From positions 64,001 through 128,000 of IMG/VR virus record IMGVR_UViG_3300027891_000004: DNA of 64,000 nt, one strand, 5' to 3'. A program made the translations under genes and the position numbers. Below the pieces are notes generated by a model. The model saw only the letters and a program-made list of their open reading frames with translations. It was not told where the DNA came from and did no database searches. This DNA is from a virus. Taxonomy: Duplodnaviria; Caudoviricetes. Numbering within the stretch: the stretch's first letter is position 1; each line of letters opens with the position of its first letter. Positions 18,899 through 27,872 of the stretch are shown here, piece after piece.

Positions 18899-19258
18899 TT
18901 ACAATCGTCTCAAAATGCCCTTGCGAACTGCGTCGTTTATTTTACTCTTTACTTCACGTTCCAATTGGGCCATACTGATTTCATCGTCTGGCCGACGCGC
19001 CTTCACGCCTTCCAATTTGAACCGCATCTTTTCGCCCACCCGGTTCATCACAAGTGTGCCGATAGTGCGTCGTAGATTCTCCTGTGTCGCGAGCGGTATT
19101 TTACGATTCTGTCGTTCTCTGGGGTCTCGCCGGTCCGTAACGCCCTTCTTGCGAAGTTCGGCAAGCACTTCATTTTTTACAAACTGCTCTACTTTATTCG
19201 TTACTCGTTGTCGGACCGCCTTGTGTATAGCGGCTTCTATCGTCTTTTGTAGACTCAT
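18899..19258 (-). CDS. Possible HK97 gp10-like neck/tail completion protein
   Basis: Basic; IPLATQENLRRTIG resembles PVDTGNLRRSI. Confidence 0.35.
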   Translation of the reverse strand: MSLQKTIEAAIHKAVRQRVTNKVEQFVKNEVLAELRKKGVTDRRDPRERQNRKIPLATQENLRRTIGTLVMNRVGEKMRFKLEGVKARRPDDEISMAQLEREVKSKINDAVRKGILRRL

Positions 19259-19260
19259 AG

Positions 19261-19605
19261 CTATCTTTGCATAAGAGCTTGTTTGATACTTGCCACATCC
19301 TGCTCCAAACGATCAAATCGCGTATTTGTGTCGTTATGCAACCGTTCTATTTTTGCGTCTACGTTTGCGAAACCGTTCTTTGTAGCAATTTCCAAATTAT
19401 CAATTCGGGCTTCAAGGCCATCGACCCGCTTGCTCAAATTCTGGCCCCATTGTGGCATAGGAAGGTTACCCTGGACGGACGCGGGGGAACCGACGGGGTT
19501 CACGCCCGGCGCGTTCTCAATCGTATTGAACGCGCCCAAATTCGACAATCCGACGTTTCCGGTTCCAAGCGATTCAAACATCCCAATATCTGCGAGTTTT
19601 TCCAT
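19261..19605 (-). CDS. Leader-family protein, coiled-coil cargo type B
   Basis: MEKLADIGMFESLG...LGAFNTIEN; DNLEIATKNGFANVDAK. Confidence 0.8.
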   Translation of the reverse strand: MEKLADIGMFESLGTGNVGLSNLGAFNTIENAPGVNPVGSPASVQGNLPMPQWGQNLSKRVDGLEARIDNLEIATKNGFANVDAKIERLHNDTNTRFDRLEQDVASIKQALMQR

Positions 19606-19634
19606 AATTATCACTTCCGTAAAAGTTGTATTTG

Positions 19635-20027
19635 CTATTGTGGCAATTCGTCGGGCGAGCCGCTACCAAAACTAGGCGAGCCGATAAGGGCTGGCGGGCC
19701 GCCTGAGGGGACGCTCGGCGTGTCTGAGGACTGGTCATTCCCCATACCGCCTTTTTGCAGGTCGGCCACGGCGGTCCGCGTACCACGCATACCAGCATCC
19801 AATCTATTATTCAACTCGTCAAGAACCCCCTCAAGTTTCGCTTGTTCGGCCTCGGCCTCGGCGTCCGCCCGGAGCCTGCGAAGCGAATCAATTTGCGTCA
19901 TCCAACTTTCGACGCTTGTTTTAATATCCTCAACAGTCGCGTTAAACACGGACATGGGCGACATCATGCGCCGGTTCGCGCTCGATTGGAGATTCTCAAA
20001 CATTGAAATATCGGCAAGTTTTTCCAT
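19635..20027 (-). CDS. Leader-family protein
   Basis: MEKLADISMFENLQSSANRRMMSPMSVFN. Confidence 0.8.
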   Translation of the reverse strand: MEKLADISMFENLQSSANRRMMSPMSVFNATVEDIKTSVESWMTQIDSLRRLRADAEAEAEQAKLEGVLDELNNRLDAGMRGTRTAVADLQKGGMGNDQSSDTPSVPSGGPPALIGSPSFGSGSPDELPQ

Positions 20028-20039
20028 AGTAAATCCTCA

Positions 20040-20261
20040 TTAAATATCAATGATTTCGTTGACCGCCTCCGCGGCGGTCTTCAAATTAAACTGCGCATTC
20101 GCAATATCGACGGCGGACGGCGGATGACGACGTGCTTCAAGCTGCAACAAATACAACTCATGTCGCAAATCGTCCCGCTTCTTCTCCAAACGCCACAGGG
20201 CAGCTTCAACTTCTTTGAGCCCCTGCTCCACGGCGTATATTCGATCTGAAATAGACATTAT
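20040..20261 (-). CDS. Small coiled-coil protein, downstream partner of 20266
   Basis: MSISDRIYAVEQ starts 4 bp after the 20266 stop. Confidence 0.5.
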   Translation of the reverse strand: MMSISDRIYAVEQGLKEVEAALWRLEKKRDDLRHELYLLQLEARRHPPSAVDIANAQFNLKTAAEAVNEIIDI

Positions 20262-20265
20262 CGGT

Positions 20266-21060
20266 TCAATAGTCGCTGGCCGCCTCGAACCTGGCCTTTT
20301 CTTTTTCAAACTTAGCTTGATATTCTGCTAACTCTTGCCTCGCTTTTTCAATATATTCGGATTCAGAAACAGGGTCTTTTGAATAGGGAAACCGCCGCTC
20401 CAACTGCGCTAATTTCATCTCAGCCTGTTCAAACCGATCTTGGGCATCAAACATCCAACGTCGTAATGCTGGCGTGTTTTGGGAATCTTCCCATTTCTTT
20501 ATCTCGTCAAATTTTGGGATTGTGCGCTTTATATCGTCAAGCTGCTCTTTAATGACAGATGGGCGTTCGTCATAGTCACGTTCGTTTCCTTTTTCATCGT
20601 ATTTATCGGGGTTTCCCGTGGCAATCCTTTTCGCCCGCTCCAATTTGTCGCTTTCGCTTTCTGTTATTTGCCGCTGCGGTCGATCATCCTCTATCGGCAA
20701 CTTTTTTTGGACCGGCTGTTGGTCAATTTCGGCCAACAATTGCTGAGCTTTCGCCTGCGTGTCTTTGCCGACACGACGGCGGGTAGTTGCGACAGCATCA
20801 AAAAACTGACGAGCGACTTCTCTATCTCGTTCGTCCCAGCTACCAATTACGTCCGCCAACGTATCCGGCAACTCCAATTGGTTTTGGTCCAACGGACCAC
20901 TTTCATCTCTTAGCTCGTTTAATTTTTCTTGATAATATGCGGCACGGGCGCCGTTAAACGTATGTTTGTAGTTAAACACGCTCATCTGCGACATGCCCAT
21001 CGCGTTGTGTGCGCCGGATTGAAGGTTCTCAAACACAGAAAGGTCTGCTAGTTTTTGCAT
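20266..21060 (-). CDS. Leader-family protein, long helical cargo
   Basis: MQKLADLSVFENLQSGAHNAMGMSQMSVFN. Confidence 0.8.
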   Translation of the reverse strand: MQKLADLSVFENLQSGAHNAMGMSQMSVFNYKHTFNGARAAYYQEKLNELRDESGPLDQNQLELPDTLADVIGSWDERDREVARQFFDAVATTRRRVGKDTQAKAQQLLAEIDQQPVQKKLPIEDDRPQRQITESESDKLERAKRIATGNPDKYDEKGNERDYDERPSVIKEQLDDIKRTIPKFDEIKKWEDSQNTPALRRWMFDAQDRFEQAEMKLAQLERRFPYSKDPVSESEYIEKARQELAEYQAKFEKEKARFEAASDY

Positions 21061-21183
21061 GGAAAATTCTGCTATTAAAGTTGTGTGTTGTTTTGTTCCG
21101 CCTTATAGGACGACGAAACATGTTTCCTAACTGAAACAAAAAACAAAAGGTTCGTAATGCAAGTTTCCGGGCAAAAAACTGCG

Positions 21184-22878
21184 TTAAGCCGCCATTTTGA
21201 ATTCATCGCCATCTTCTTCCAAACGCGACGCTTCGTCGGCGACGATAAGTTTCTTCAATTCCGGCGACATGTCCAACAAAAACGGGTACCGGGACGCCAG
21301 CGAATGGAGCTGCGCAAGGTAGACACGTTTCATATCGTCCGACGATTCGCCCAGGTACATCGCCATAGCGTTCCGCGTCTCGGCGAATACCTCGTTCATC
21401 GCCTTCGTAAACGCGGTATCTACGCTTTTTCCGCTTATCGCGTCCGCCCCGTCATCGGTAGTTGACTGGGCGATCCGCGTAGCATCGGGCAACGAATCGG
21501 CTTTGGAATCCCCGTACTTTTTAATATGGGACAACACGGCGGCCTGCGCCGCCTTCAATTCCACGTCAAGGTTTTCCAACTCACGCAAGTCGGCGGGATC
21601 GAGCGGTTTCTTAGCCTTGAGCAATTTTGCGTTCTTTTCCTCCAACTCCGCGATCCGTGTCCGAATGTCTACTGCAATAGCACGCAACCGCTTGCGCTCC
21701 GCATTCTTTTTTTCAACCTCTTCACTATCGAACGAACCCTTCGGTCGCCCGGTCGAGGCCGACTCCCACAACCCGTCCTCAGTCTGCCGGAACTTAAACC
21801 CGCCACGCGCGTCGTTCAGAAGGTTCAGAATCAACGCCTCATTGAATGAGGTAACGAGTACCTGTGCCGCGTTTCTTAATTTCTTAACCGTACTTACGAA
21901 CAGGTCTTCACCCTCTTCCAAATCGTCGGAGGCCACGATTTCGGGGTTATCCTGCATCTCCTCACGAGCGGGCACCTCCTCAAGAACAATTTCGGGCGTG
22001 TCCGGCATAGCTTCGGACAAACTTGCCACTTTCGCGGGACCTGTCGGCGGCTCAATTGTGATTTTGTAACCCTCGGCTGTTGTAAACGATTGCACGCCGG
22101 GCATGACCGGGCCCGCGCCCATTGATTCCAAAGGCGGCGCGACGGCTACTTTTATTTCTGTATGCGCCGTGCCGTGCGCATTCGCGTTTTTCGCATCGGT
22201 GTGTCCCTGTTCTTCTCTAAAAAGTCGTGTAGATTCCATAACCGGCGACCCCGCAAGATAATCATTGTTGATGTACGTAGTAATGATATTCAACGTTTCT
22301 CCCGCTTTCATTTCTTTTCGTTCGTTAATGAGCAACCCGGCCCCATCCGATAGGCTACAAGCGCCCTGTTTACGGGGCAGGATAGCGAGATGGTCGGCCC
22401 GGATGTTGATGATACGCCCGATATACGGTTCGCTATTCCATACGCCCTCATCCATGATGAGTTCGGAGAACAGACCGGTCGATATTTCCATCGGGAGCCG
22501 GTGTTTGATATGCTCAAGCAGGGTAGGGCACTTCTCCTCGGCCTTGCGTCTATCGATCCACGCTTCGGCCTTGAGCTTACCGTCCACAAAATGCGTATTC
22601 ATAATCATCCCGACCGCCTGCCGCTTGTAGACTTCGAGATCGGTCGCCGTATCGCCCCGGAACGGATGTTCGATTACGACGGGCTTGAAATTCCACATTT
22701 TGGGCGTTTTTGCCAACTCTTCGGTATCGTAATAAACGGGCCCCTGCGAGCCGGTATGGACCCCTTCGAGGATCATCGTCATCGGGGCGACGACGTATTC
22801 ACGGTCGTCAAGCGTTTCGTACCGAACCGTCGGGTCGATAGTTACGTTCCAAATGGTTTCTATTTTGTTGCGTGGCAT
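21184..22878 (-). CDS. Prohead protease (DUF2213-like) with long C-terminal extension
   Basis: YVVAPMTMILEGVH, WNFKPVVIEHP, LKAEAWID, EISTGL, DHLAILP...GACS..DGAG. Confidence 0.85.
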   Translation of the reverse strand: MPRNKIETIWNVTIDPTVRYETLDDREYVVAPMTMILEGVHTGSQGPVYYDTEELAKTPKMWNFKPVVIEHPFRGDTATDLEVYKRQAVGMIMNTHFVDGKLKAEAWIDRRKAEEKCPTLLEHIKHRLPMEISTGLFSELIMDEGVWNSEPYIGRIINIRADHLAILPRKQGACSLSDGAGLLINERKEMKAGETLNIITTYINNDYLAGSPVMESTRLFREEQGHTDAKNANAHGTAHTEIKVAVAPPLESMGAGPVMPGVQSFTTAEGYKITIEPPTGPAKVASLSEAMPDTPEIVLEEVPAREEMQDNPEIVASDDLEEGEDLFVSTVKKLRNAAQVLVTSFNEALILNLLNDARGGFKFRQTEDGLWESASTGRPKGSFDSEEVEKKNAERKRLRAIAVDIRTRIAELEEKNAKLLKAKKPLDPADLRELENLDVELKAAQAAVLSHIKKYGDSKADSLPDATRIAQSTTDDGADAISGKSVDTAFTKAMNEVFAETRNAMAMYLGESSDDMKRVYLAQLHSLASRYPFLLDMSPELKKLIVADEASRLEEDGDEFKMAA

Positions 22879-22881
22879 AGT

Positions 22882-23232
22882 CTATTCAGTTTCTTGTTCG
22901 GGCACGCCGGGCGGGTAAAGCACATTGGTTTTAGCGATAAAATACGCGCGGACAAACGGGATAGCATCCAAAGTATGTATCGCAAACGACGAGCATATAC
23001 TTACCAACCCGCCGTATAGAAACAACGAGACAAGGCAGGGCCACCCGAAAGATGCCGTCGTTAGGCAAAAGTACAAAACGCCGACCCAGAACCCGACGCA
23101 CATCGGACATTGCGCCCCGTACCGCAAACCATCGGTCGGGAGCGAATCCCGCAGCGACTGAAGTATCGCCGAACGGGTAAGTATATTAACCAAACCGACA
23201 AGCGATATAAGTTCAAGTATTGCTATGTTCAT
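22882..23232 (-). CDS. DUF1360-like membrane protein (possible holin-like)
   Basis: CPMCVGFWVG motif and about 3 hydrophobic segments. Confidence 0.55.
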   Translation of the reverse strand: MNIAILELISLVGLVNILTRSAILQSLRDSLPTDGLRYGAQCPMCVGFWVGVLYFCLTTASFGWPCLVSLFLYGGLVSICSSFAIHTLDAIPFVRAYFIAKTNVLYPPGVPEQETE

Positions 23233-23325
23233 TTTCGTTATAAAAGAAGGGGCGACGGCAGAACCGCCGCCCCAACCACCTTTTTCCCAAACCTTCTCTT
23301 GCGCGGGCAAGAACTCCCGCACCCG

Positions 23326-23380
23326 TAGTATACCAAATTTTCAGCTACCGTGTAAAAAACGCGCACTAGAGAATTTTTTT
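23326..23380 (-). promoter_or_regulatory. Repeated promoter, copy 1 (TTTACA-N18-TATACT plus conserved upstream box)
   Basis: Shares TGTAAAAAACGCGCACTAGAGAATTTTTTT and TAGTATACCA with 33676..33730 and 37362..37417. Confidence 0.75.
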
Positions 23381-23466
23381 AGCACATTTACCAAAAATAT
23401 GCCAAAATACACAAGAACAACCATCGAAGTTTACCAAAAATGCGCCGCTTTTACACGGAACGAATT

Positions 23467-23482
23467 TTTATGATATAATGCG
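23467..23482 (+). promoter_or_regulatory. Extended -10 promoter (TG-A-TATAAT), identical 16-mer at 62844..62859
   Basis: TTTATGATATAATGCG upstream of both plus-strand type C leader genes. Confidence 0.7.
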
Positions 23483-23521
23483 AAGGAATCGAATTTCTAC
23501 TTCTTTCACGGAGACAATAAA

Positions 23522-24055
23522 ATGTTTGCTGATATATCCGTTTTTGAGAATTTACAGCGGGGCGCACACAGCGCTATGGGTCTGTCACATATCGCCGTTT
23601 TCAACGGGTTCGTTGACGACGAGGCGAAGCGAAGAGCCGAATGGTGCGACGCCGAAATCGGTAAAATGAAACAAGAAATAACTGAAATACGCGATGAGCT
23701 GCTAAAAGCGCACAATAGCTACAATTTTCAACAGTATTTAATGGAACGTGGCGAAAGCGATAAATCACGAAAGGAAGAGTTGACAAGAAAAATAGAATAC
23801 CTTGACGAACGAAACAAGCAACTACAGGCGACGGACACAGATGGAAAATTTGTTACCGTATGTGCAGGAATTGAATCGTGCCTTGAGGACTTTCAAACAC
23901 AAATTAGCAGGGCAATAGACAACCCGGCGCGACCAATACCACCAAAAAGACCACCAGGACAATTACCAAAACGCCCTCCTCAAGGATTTCATAATTCTAC
24001 GCATGGCACGCCACTCTGTTTAGGGCTCTCCGTGTTTAATAAACCTTCCGAATAG
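23522..24055 (+). CDS. Leader-family protein, cargo type C
   Basis: MFADISVFENLQRGAHSAMGLSHIAVFN; DTDGKFVTVCAGIE matches DPDGRFAVPCFAIE of 34203 and the equivalent in 62904. Confidence 0.8.
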   Translation: MFADISVFENLQRGAHSAMGLSHIAVFNGFVDDEAKRRAEWCDAEIGKMKQEITEIRDELLKAHNSYNFQQYLMERGESDKSRKEELTRKIEYLDERNKQLQATDTDGKFVTVCAGIESCLEDFQTQISRAIDNPARPIPPKRPPGQLPKRPPQGFHNSTHGTPLCLGLSVFNKPSE

Positions 24056-24333
24056 GCTATACGGTGCATGGAAAAAAATACGCGGCACATACTATCCGAG
24101 TAGCAATTTAATAACTGCTCAGGGGAGAACCACGGATAAAATTCTGAAGCCTCGGCTCTAAAAATATAATTGATAAGCATATCTACCCTATACCCGTTAT
24201 GTATGTCAAGACGCACATTTTCACAATCCAAATCTTCCTGTAGCGCCTTTTTCCATTTGTACCGTTGCTCGGCCCTAGAACGTGGGCCAACCTTTGGAAT
24301 CTCAGCCAATACCTTATCCAGTTGTGAACCCAT
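23989..24333 (-). CDS. Convergent partner of type C leader gene
   Basis: AEQRYKWKKALQEDL...FFSMHRIAYSEGLL; paralog of 33896 and 63460. Confidence 0.75.
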   Translation of the reverse strand: MGSQLDKVLAEIPKVGPRSRAEQRYKWKKALQEDLDCENVRLDIHNGYRVDMLINYIFRAEASEFYPWFSPEQLLNCYSDSMCRVFFSMHRIAYSEGLLNTESPKQSGVPCVEL

Positions 24334-24426
24334 GATACTGCCACGCCTTTCCTGCTTTGAACAATAGCCACAATATGCCAAAAACAAACGAAAAGATCAA
24401 GACGTTCTGAAAACGAAACAGCCGCG

Positions 24427-24446
24427 ATCCCGCCACGTGGCGGGAT
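24427..24446. repeat. Dispersed palindrome copy
   Basis: ATCCCGCCACGTGGCGGGAT after the IbrB stop. Confidence 0.9.
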
Positions 24447-24461
24447 TCTCAACGGGAAGCA

Positions 24462-25016
24462 TCATTTATCTGCGACCGCCTGCGAGTAATCGCGGTCCGC
24501 GAACAGTTCGGCAAGACCCGAAATCTGCGACAACCGCAGTACCTCGTCCGGCTCCATGCCCAACTCACGGCCGATCTTTTTATCCGACCAGTTCCGACGC
24601 TTCAACTCAACCACAATATCGCTCATAGAAGACACCAGATGAACGCCGCGTGCGCGGTTATGCCGTATGGTCGCCGCGATACGATCACAGCGATCCGTGC
24701 GCGATTCGTTGATAACAACAACCGGTAGATGCGATAGTTTCAATTTGTCTTTGCCGATAATATGACGATGGAAACCGTCCACTACCTCAAACAAATCGCC
24801 ATTAAAAAACGTTACGATAGGCTGCGTGAAACCGTCCGCCCTGATCGATAGTTCAAGAAGTTTCAATTCGGGCGTAGCGACCTTATTGGGGTTGTAGTCG
24901 TTCGCAACGACCAACTCGGAGGGCACCCAATAGACCTTTGAAACGGGGTGCTCGCCTGCCCACGCGGGCGCGTGTTCATACGCCGAAAAATCGCGTGTAT
25001 CACCTACAGCCCCCAT
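24462..25016 (-). CDS. ibrB: IbrB-like ParB/Srx-domain protein
   Basis: ANDYNPNKVATPELKLLELSIRADGFTQPIV, VVDGFHR, ATIRHNRARGVH, ELGMEPDEVLRL. Confidence 0.85.
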   Translation of the reverse strand: MGAVGDTRDFSAYEHAPAWAGEHPVSKVYWVPSELVVANDYNPNKVATPELKLLELSIRADGFTQPIVTFFNGDLFEVVDGFHRHIIGKDKLKLSHLPVVVINESRTDRCDRIAATIRHNRARGVHLVSSMSDIVVELKRRNWSDKKIGRELGMEPDEVLRLSQISGLAELFADRDYSQAVADK

Positions 25017-26191
25017 GCGGCCCTCCGCTTTTTCATTAAAATTTTGTACTTTTCGTAGGCGTCCGATTTCGTGGGCGAAAACGAAAGCCCCTTGCACCAA
25101 TAGTCGTTCCGCAACAGCGCCCGGCATATCCGACGCCAGCTGGGTTTACGATCCGAAACGGCATTTTCTTGTTTAAGCGGCAACTCATCGGGTATCTCCG
25201 CGTACCCGCGATCTCGCCACCATTTCAAAAACACAGCAATTTTGTTCTCGTAATGTTCGCAAAGATGGCCCGGCATGGAATCGAGCAGCAACCGTGCGAA
25301 CGCCTGCCACGTGATGCCCGCCGGTTTGGAAACCTTTATATTACCCAATATATTGCCCGACGTTTGCGAATAGAGCGAGCCCGCGTTCGCACCGTTTACG
25401 CGGGCAACGACGCGGGCCCATGTCTCCGGCTCGATCCGGTGGAACAGCCACAAACCTTTCCGCTGATCGTCGCCGTAAGGCTGACAAATCCGCATCTGAT
25501 GTATCGAAAGGCCCGCCTTGTGCATCAGATCGTACAACAGGTTATAGGGCAGCCGCGTCTTACCGAAAAAAGTCCATATATCTTCCGTTTTCCAATCGAA
25601 GATCGGGTACGCATTGTAGACGCCGCCCGGCATACGGGTCGTCCACGCCTTATTTGCGAACCGTTCTTTGCTCTCGCTCCAAATGGTACGCCGCCGGTTC
25701 AAACTCTCCGCCATCCGGATACCGACAAGGCAACACGTAGAAACGCCGCCACCGTACCATACGCCAAACTGCGGCACAAACTCTTCAAACTCCATCCCGT
25801 ACCGGAAAAAGGGGAAGTCGGCACCCGTCTTCACTGGATAATTGGGCAACGGGCGTACCCAATCTTTTTCACGACCCGGCTCCCAACAAATCCAACGCGG
25901 CTCAAACTGTGAAACGGCGTTACGCAAAAGGATAGGAAGCGTACACCAAAAAGGCTCGATATGCTCCGCGTACAAAGAAAACAGCTCGGAAACATGCGCA
26001 ATCGTATGCGCGTACTGGGCCTCCAAATCAATAAAGAACAAGCCGACTTTTCGACCGCGACGGGCCGCTTCTGCCAACGCAAGATGCGTCATCACCGACG
26101 AATCCTTCCCGCCCGAGAAAGATACGCAAACGCGGTCAAAACTATCGAAGCAAAACGCGATCCGCTCTTGGGCGGCTTCAAGCACATTCAT
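25004..26191 (-). CDS. ibrA: IbrA-like PAPS-reductase/PP-loop protein (DUF3440)
   Basis: VSFSGGKDSS, GIRMAESLNR, YPIFDWKTEDIW, MRICQPYGDDQR, PSWRRIC..LLRNDYWCKGLSF. Confidence 0.9.
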   Translation of the reverse strand: MNVLEAAQERIAFCFDSFDRVCVSFSGGKDSSVMTHLALAEAARRGRKVGLFFIDLEAQYAHTIAHVSELFSLYAEHIEPFWCTLPILLRNAVSQFEPRWICWEPGREKDWVRPLPNYPVKTGADFPFFRYGMEFEEFVPQFGVWYGGGVSTCCLVGIRMAESLNRRRTIWSESKERFANKAWTTRMPGGVYNAYPIFDWKTEDIWTFFGKTRLPYNLLYDLMHKAGLSIHQMRICQPYGDDQRKGLWLFHRIEPETWARVVARVNGANAGSLYSQTSGNILGNIKVSKPAGITWQAFARLLLDSMPGHLCEHYENKIAVFLKWWRDRGYAEIPDELPLKQENAVSDRKPSWRRICRALLRNDYWCKGLSFSPTKSDAYEKYKILMKKRRAAWGL

Positions 26192-27729
26192 TTTACAATG
26201 CGGTACAACAGCGGGTCAAATTCGGTGTGTTTCTTCTGTATACGCAAAATATCGTCATCTTCAATCCAAACGGCGGCGTTGAGTTTCTTTTTTGCAGCCG
26301 TCATCCCGTTTTTATCATGCGGGTTCGATCCCGGCTTCACCTCGTACAACGTGCCAGTCCGCTCGTCAAGGAAATCGGGGAACCAACGGCGGCAAACGCC
26401 ATCATCGGTAACGTAGCCGATAAAAACATTGTCCGACCGGTAAAGCCGCTTCAAATGCGGGTTATCGTAATGGAAAAGCAACTCCCACGACGAATCGTAA
26501 TGAACGCCGTCGCGGACGTACTTCGCCGAACACAGCGGGCATTTCGTCTTACTATAGTATAGCTGGCTAGGCTTCACTGTCCAGATTTGGTTATGCCGCC
26601 CGCACAAAAAAGTAGTACGGCGCGTAAAACCGTCCCATTCTCCGTGCAACGAAATCTGCACATCATAGCCCGCCAGCCACTCCAAAAACGCCTCTTTCGG
26701 CCACGGGACCAACCCGGCGCATTTCGGGCATCCGTTGGGTTTGCAACCTTTTTTGCCGATAATAACGCTTCTTGCAGACGTTGTCCATTCGTATCCGTCT
26801 ATTCGGCACCTAAACCGTGCGGGCTTCCTTAAAAACTGAAAATCGCCGACCAGCTCTATATTGGGGTTCACGACGGCCAGTTTCGCCACAAACATCTCTT
26901 CCGTCCAACGCTCTTGACGCGAACAACGCGGACAGCATTTATCACGCGGTCTCGCGGCCACAAAATTACACGGCTTAGCCGACCATCGACCATCCGCCCC
27001 GTACCCGCACACGTTGCACCGAACGGCAATCCGAGTCGTTATATTGACAAACGGGGACATACGGACGATATGCGGGAAACGTTTCGCCATCAGCGCATCA
27101 AACGATTCCTGCGTGTACCGCTCCCGTTTGGAACAACGCGGGCACCCAAACCCATTCAAAACATCGGCAAGATGCGGATGCCATTCATAGCCACAGCCAT
27201 CTACCAAACAACGAAAATGCGTTTTTTCTTTTTTCTTTGTGAAACCGCCGACCATCTCCAACAAACGACCCTGTTCTCGGAGCTGCGCATTCACTTTCTC
27301 AGGCCCCCAATCGTCGCCGAGCATCGTAGCCACCCGCTTCTTTGAACGGCGGGCCGACTCCTCCTTGTCTTTCAACAGATGGGCTACGCCGTACCGCTTC
27401 AAATGGGTAGCTCGGGACGACTCGACAACCGCAGAAACGTCTTTTTCAACGCCCAACTCTAACAACCTCATCCCAACCGCACGACGACAACAGCCATAAA
27501 ATTCGGCAATCTCCTCTTGCGTCTTATTCTCCACCAAATAAAGACGACACAACTCCTCTTTCGTCGCCTGCGCTACCCGGGACGACTCTTTTTTTATGCC
27601 GTATTTCCTGCAATAATTATTGACTGTCTGCAAGCTACACCCAAGACGCCTCGCAACCTCTTCCTTCACAAGGTCCTGGACAATGTATAAATCAACCAGC
27701 TGCTCTTTAGAAAAACCTAACGATCTCAT
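26188..27729 (-). CDS. HTH plus multi-zinc-ribbon protein with C-terminal PD-(D/E)xK nuclease (homing endonuclease-like)
   Basis: Two N-terminal HTHs, four C-x-x-(C/D/H)...W...CPxC repeats, YDSSWE...WFPDF...YEVKP. Confidence 0.7.
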   Translation of the reverse strand: MRSLGFSKEQLVDLYIVQDLVKEEVARRLGCSLQTVNNYCRKYGIKKESSRVAQATKEELCRLYLVENKTQEEIAEFYGCCRRAVGMRLLELGVEKDVSAVVESSRATHLKRYGVAHLLKDKEESARRSKKRVATMLGDDWGPEKVNAQLREQGRLLEMVGGFTKKKEKTHFRCLVDGCGYEWHPHLADVLNGFGCPRCSKRERYTQESFDALMAKRFPHIVRMSPFVNITTRIAVRCNVCGYGADGRWSAKPCNFVAARPRDKCCPRCSRQERWTEEMFVAKLAVVNPNIELVGDFQFLRKPARFRCRIDGYEWTTSARSVIIGKKGCKPNGCPKCAGLVPWPKEAFLEWLAGYDVQISLHGEWDGFTRRTTFLCGRHNQIWTVKPSQLYYSKTKCPLCSAKYVRDGVHYDSSWELLFHYDNPHLKRLYRSDNVFIGYVTDDGVCRRWFPDFLDERTGTLYEVKPGSNPHDKNGMTAAKKKLNAAVWIEDDDILRIQKKHTEFDPLLYRIVK

Positions 27730-27810
27730 AACGATTACATCTCAAAGAAAAACAAAATCGGAGCGCAGACCAAGTATGCCAGAAAGACAAAAGAAATCAA
27801 GAAAGACAAA

Positions 27811-27841
27811 AGAAAGGGGGCTGACAATCCGTCAGCCCCCT
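27811..27841 (-). terminator. Rho-independent terminator after the major capsid gene
   Basis: GGGGGCTGAC-AATCC-GTCAGCCCCC hairpin followed on the minus strand by a T-rich tract. Confidence 0.75.
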
Positions 27842-27872
27842 CAAACTCAGCATAACGTTTCGAGGATTATGC

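Noticed and set aside
14120-21060. Leader family as RiPP/bacteriocin precursors
   Set aside because: No modifying enzymes or peptidase-ABC exporter, no consistent double-glycine site, and the cargoes are folded domains of roughly 60-240 aa.
14120-21060. Diversity-generating retroelement, shufflon or integron as the diversifying mechanism
   Set aside because: No reverse transcriptase, site-specific recombinase, adenine-specific TR/VR pair or attC-like sites seen in this window. One could lie outside it.
24183-24452. ORF starting MRIPPRGGI
   Set aside because: An artefact of reading through the palindrome; it overlaps the better-supported partner gene.
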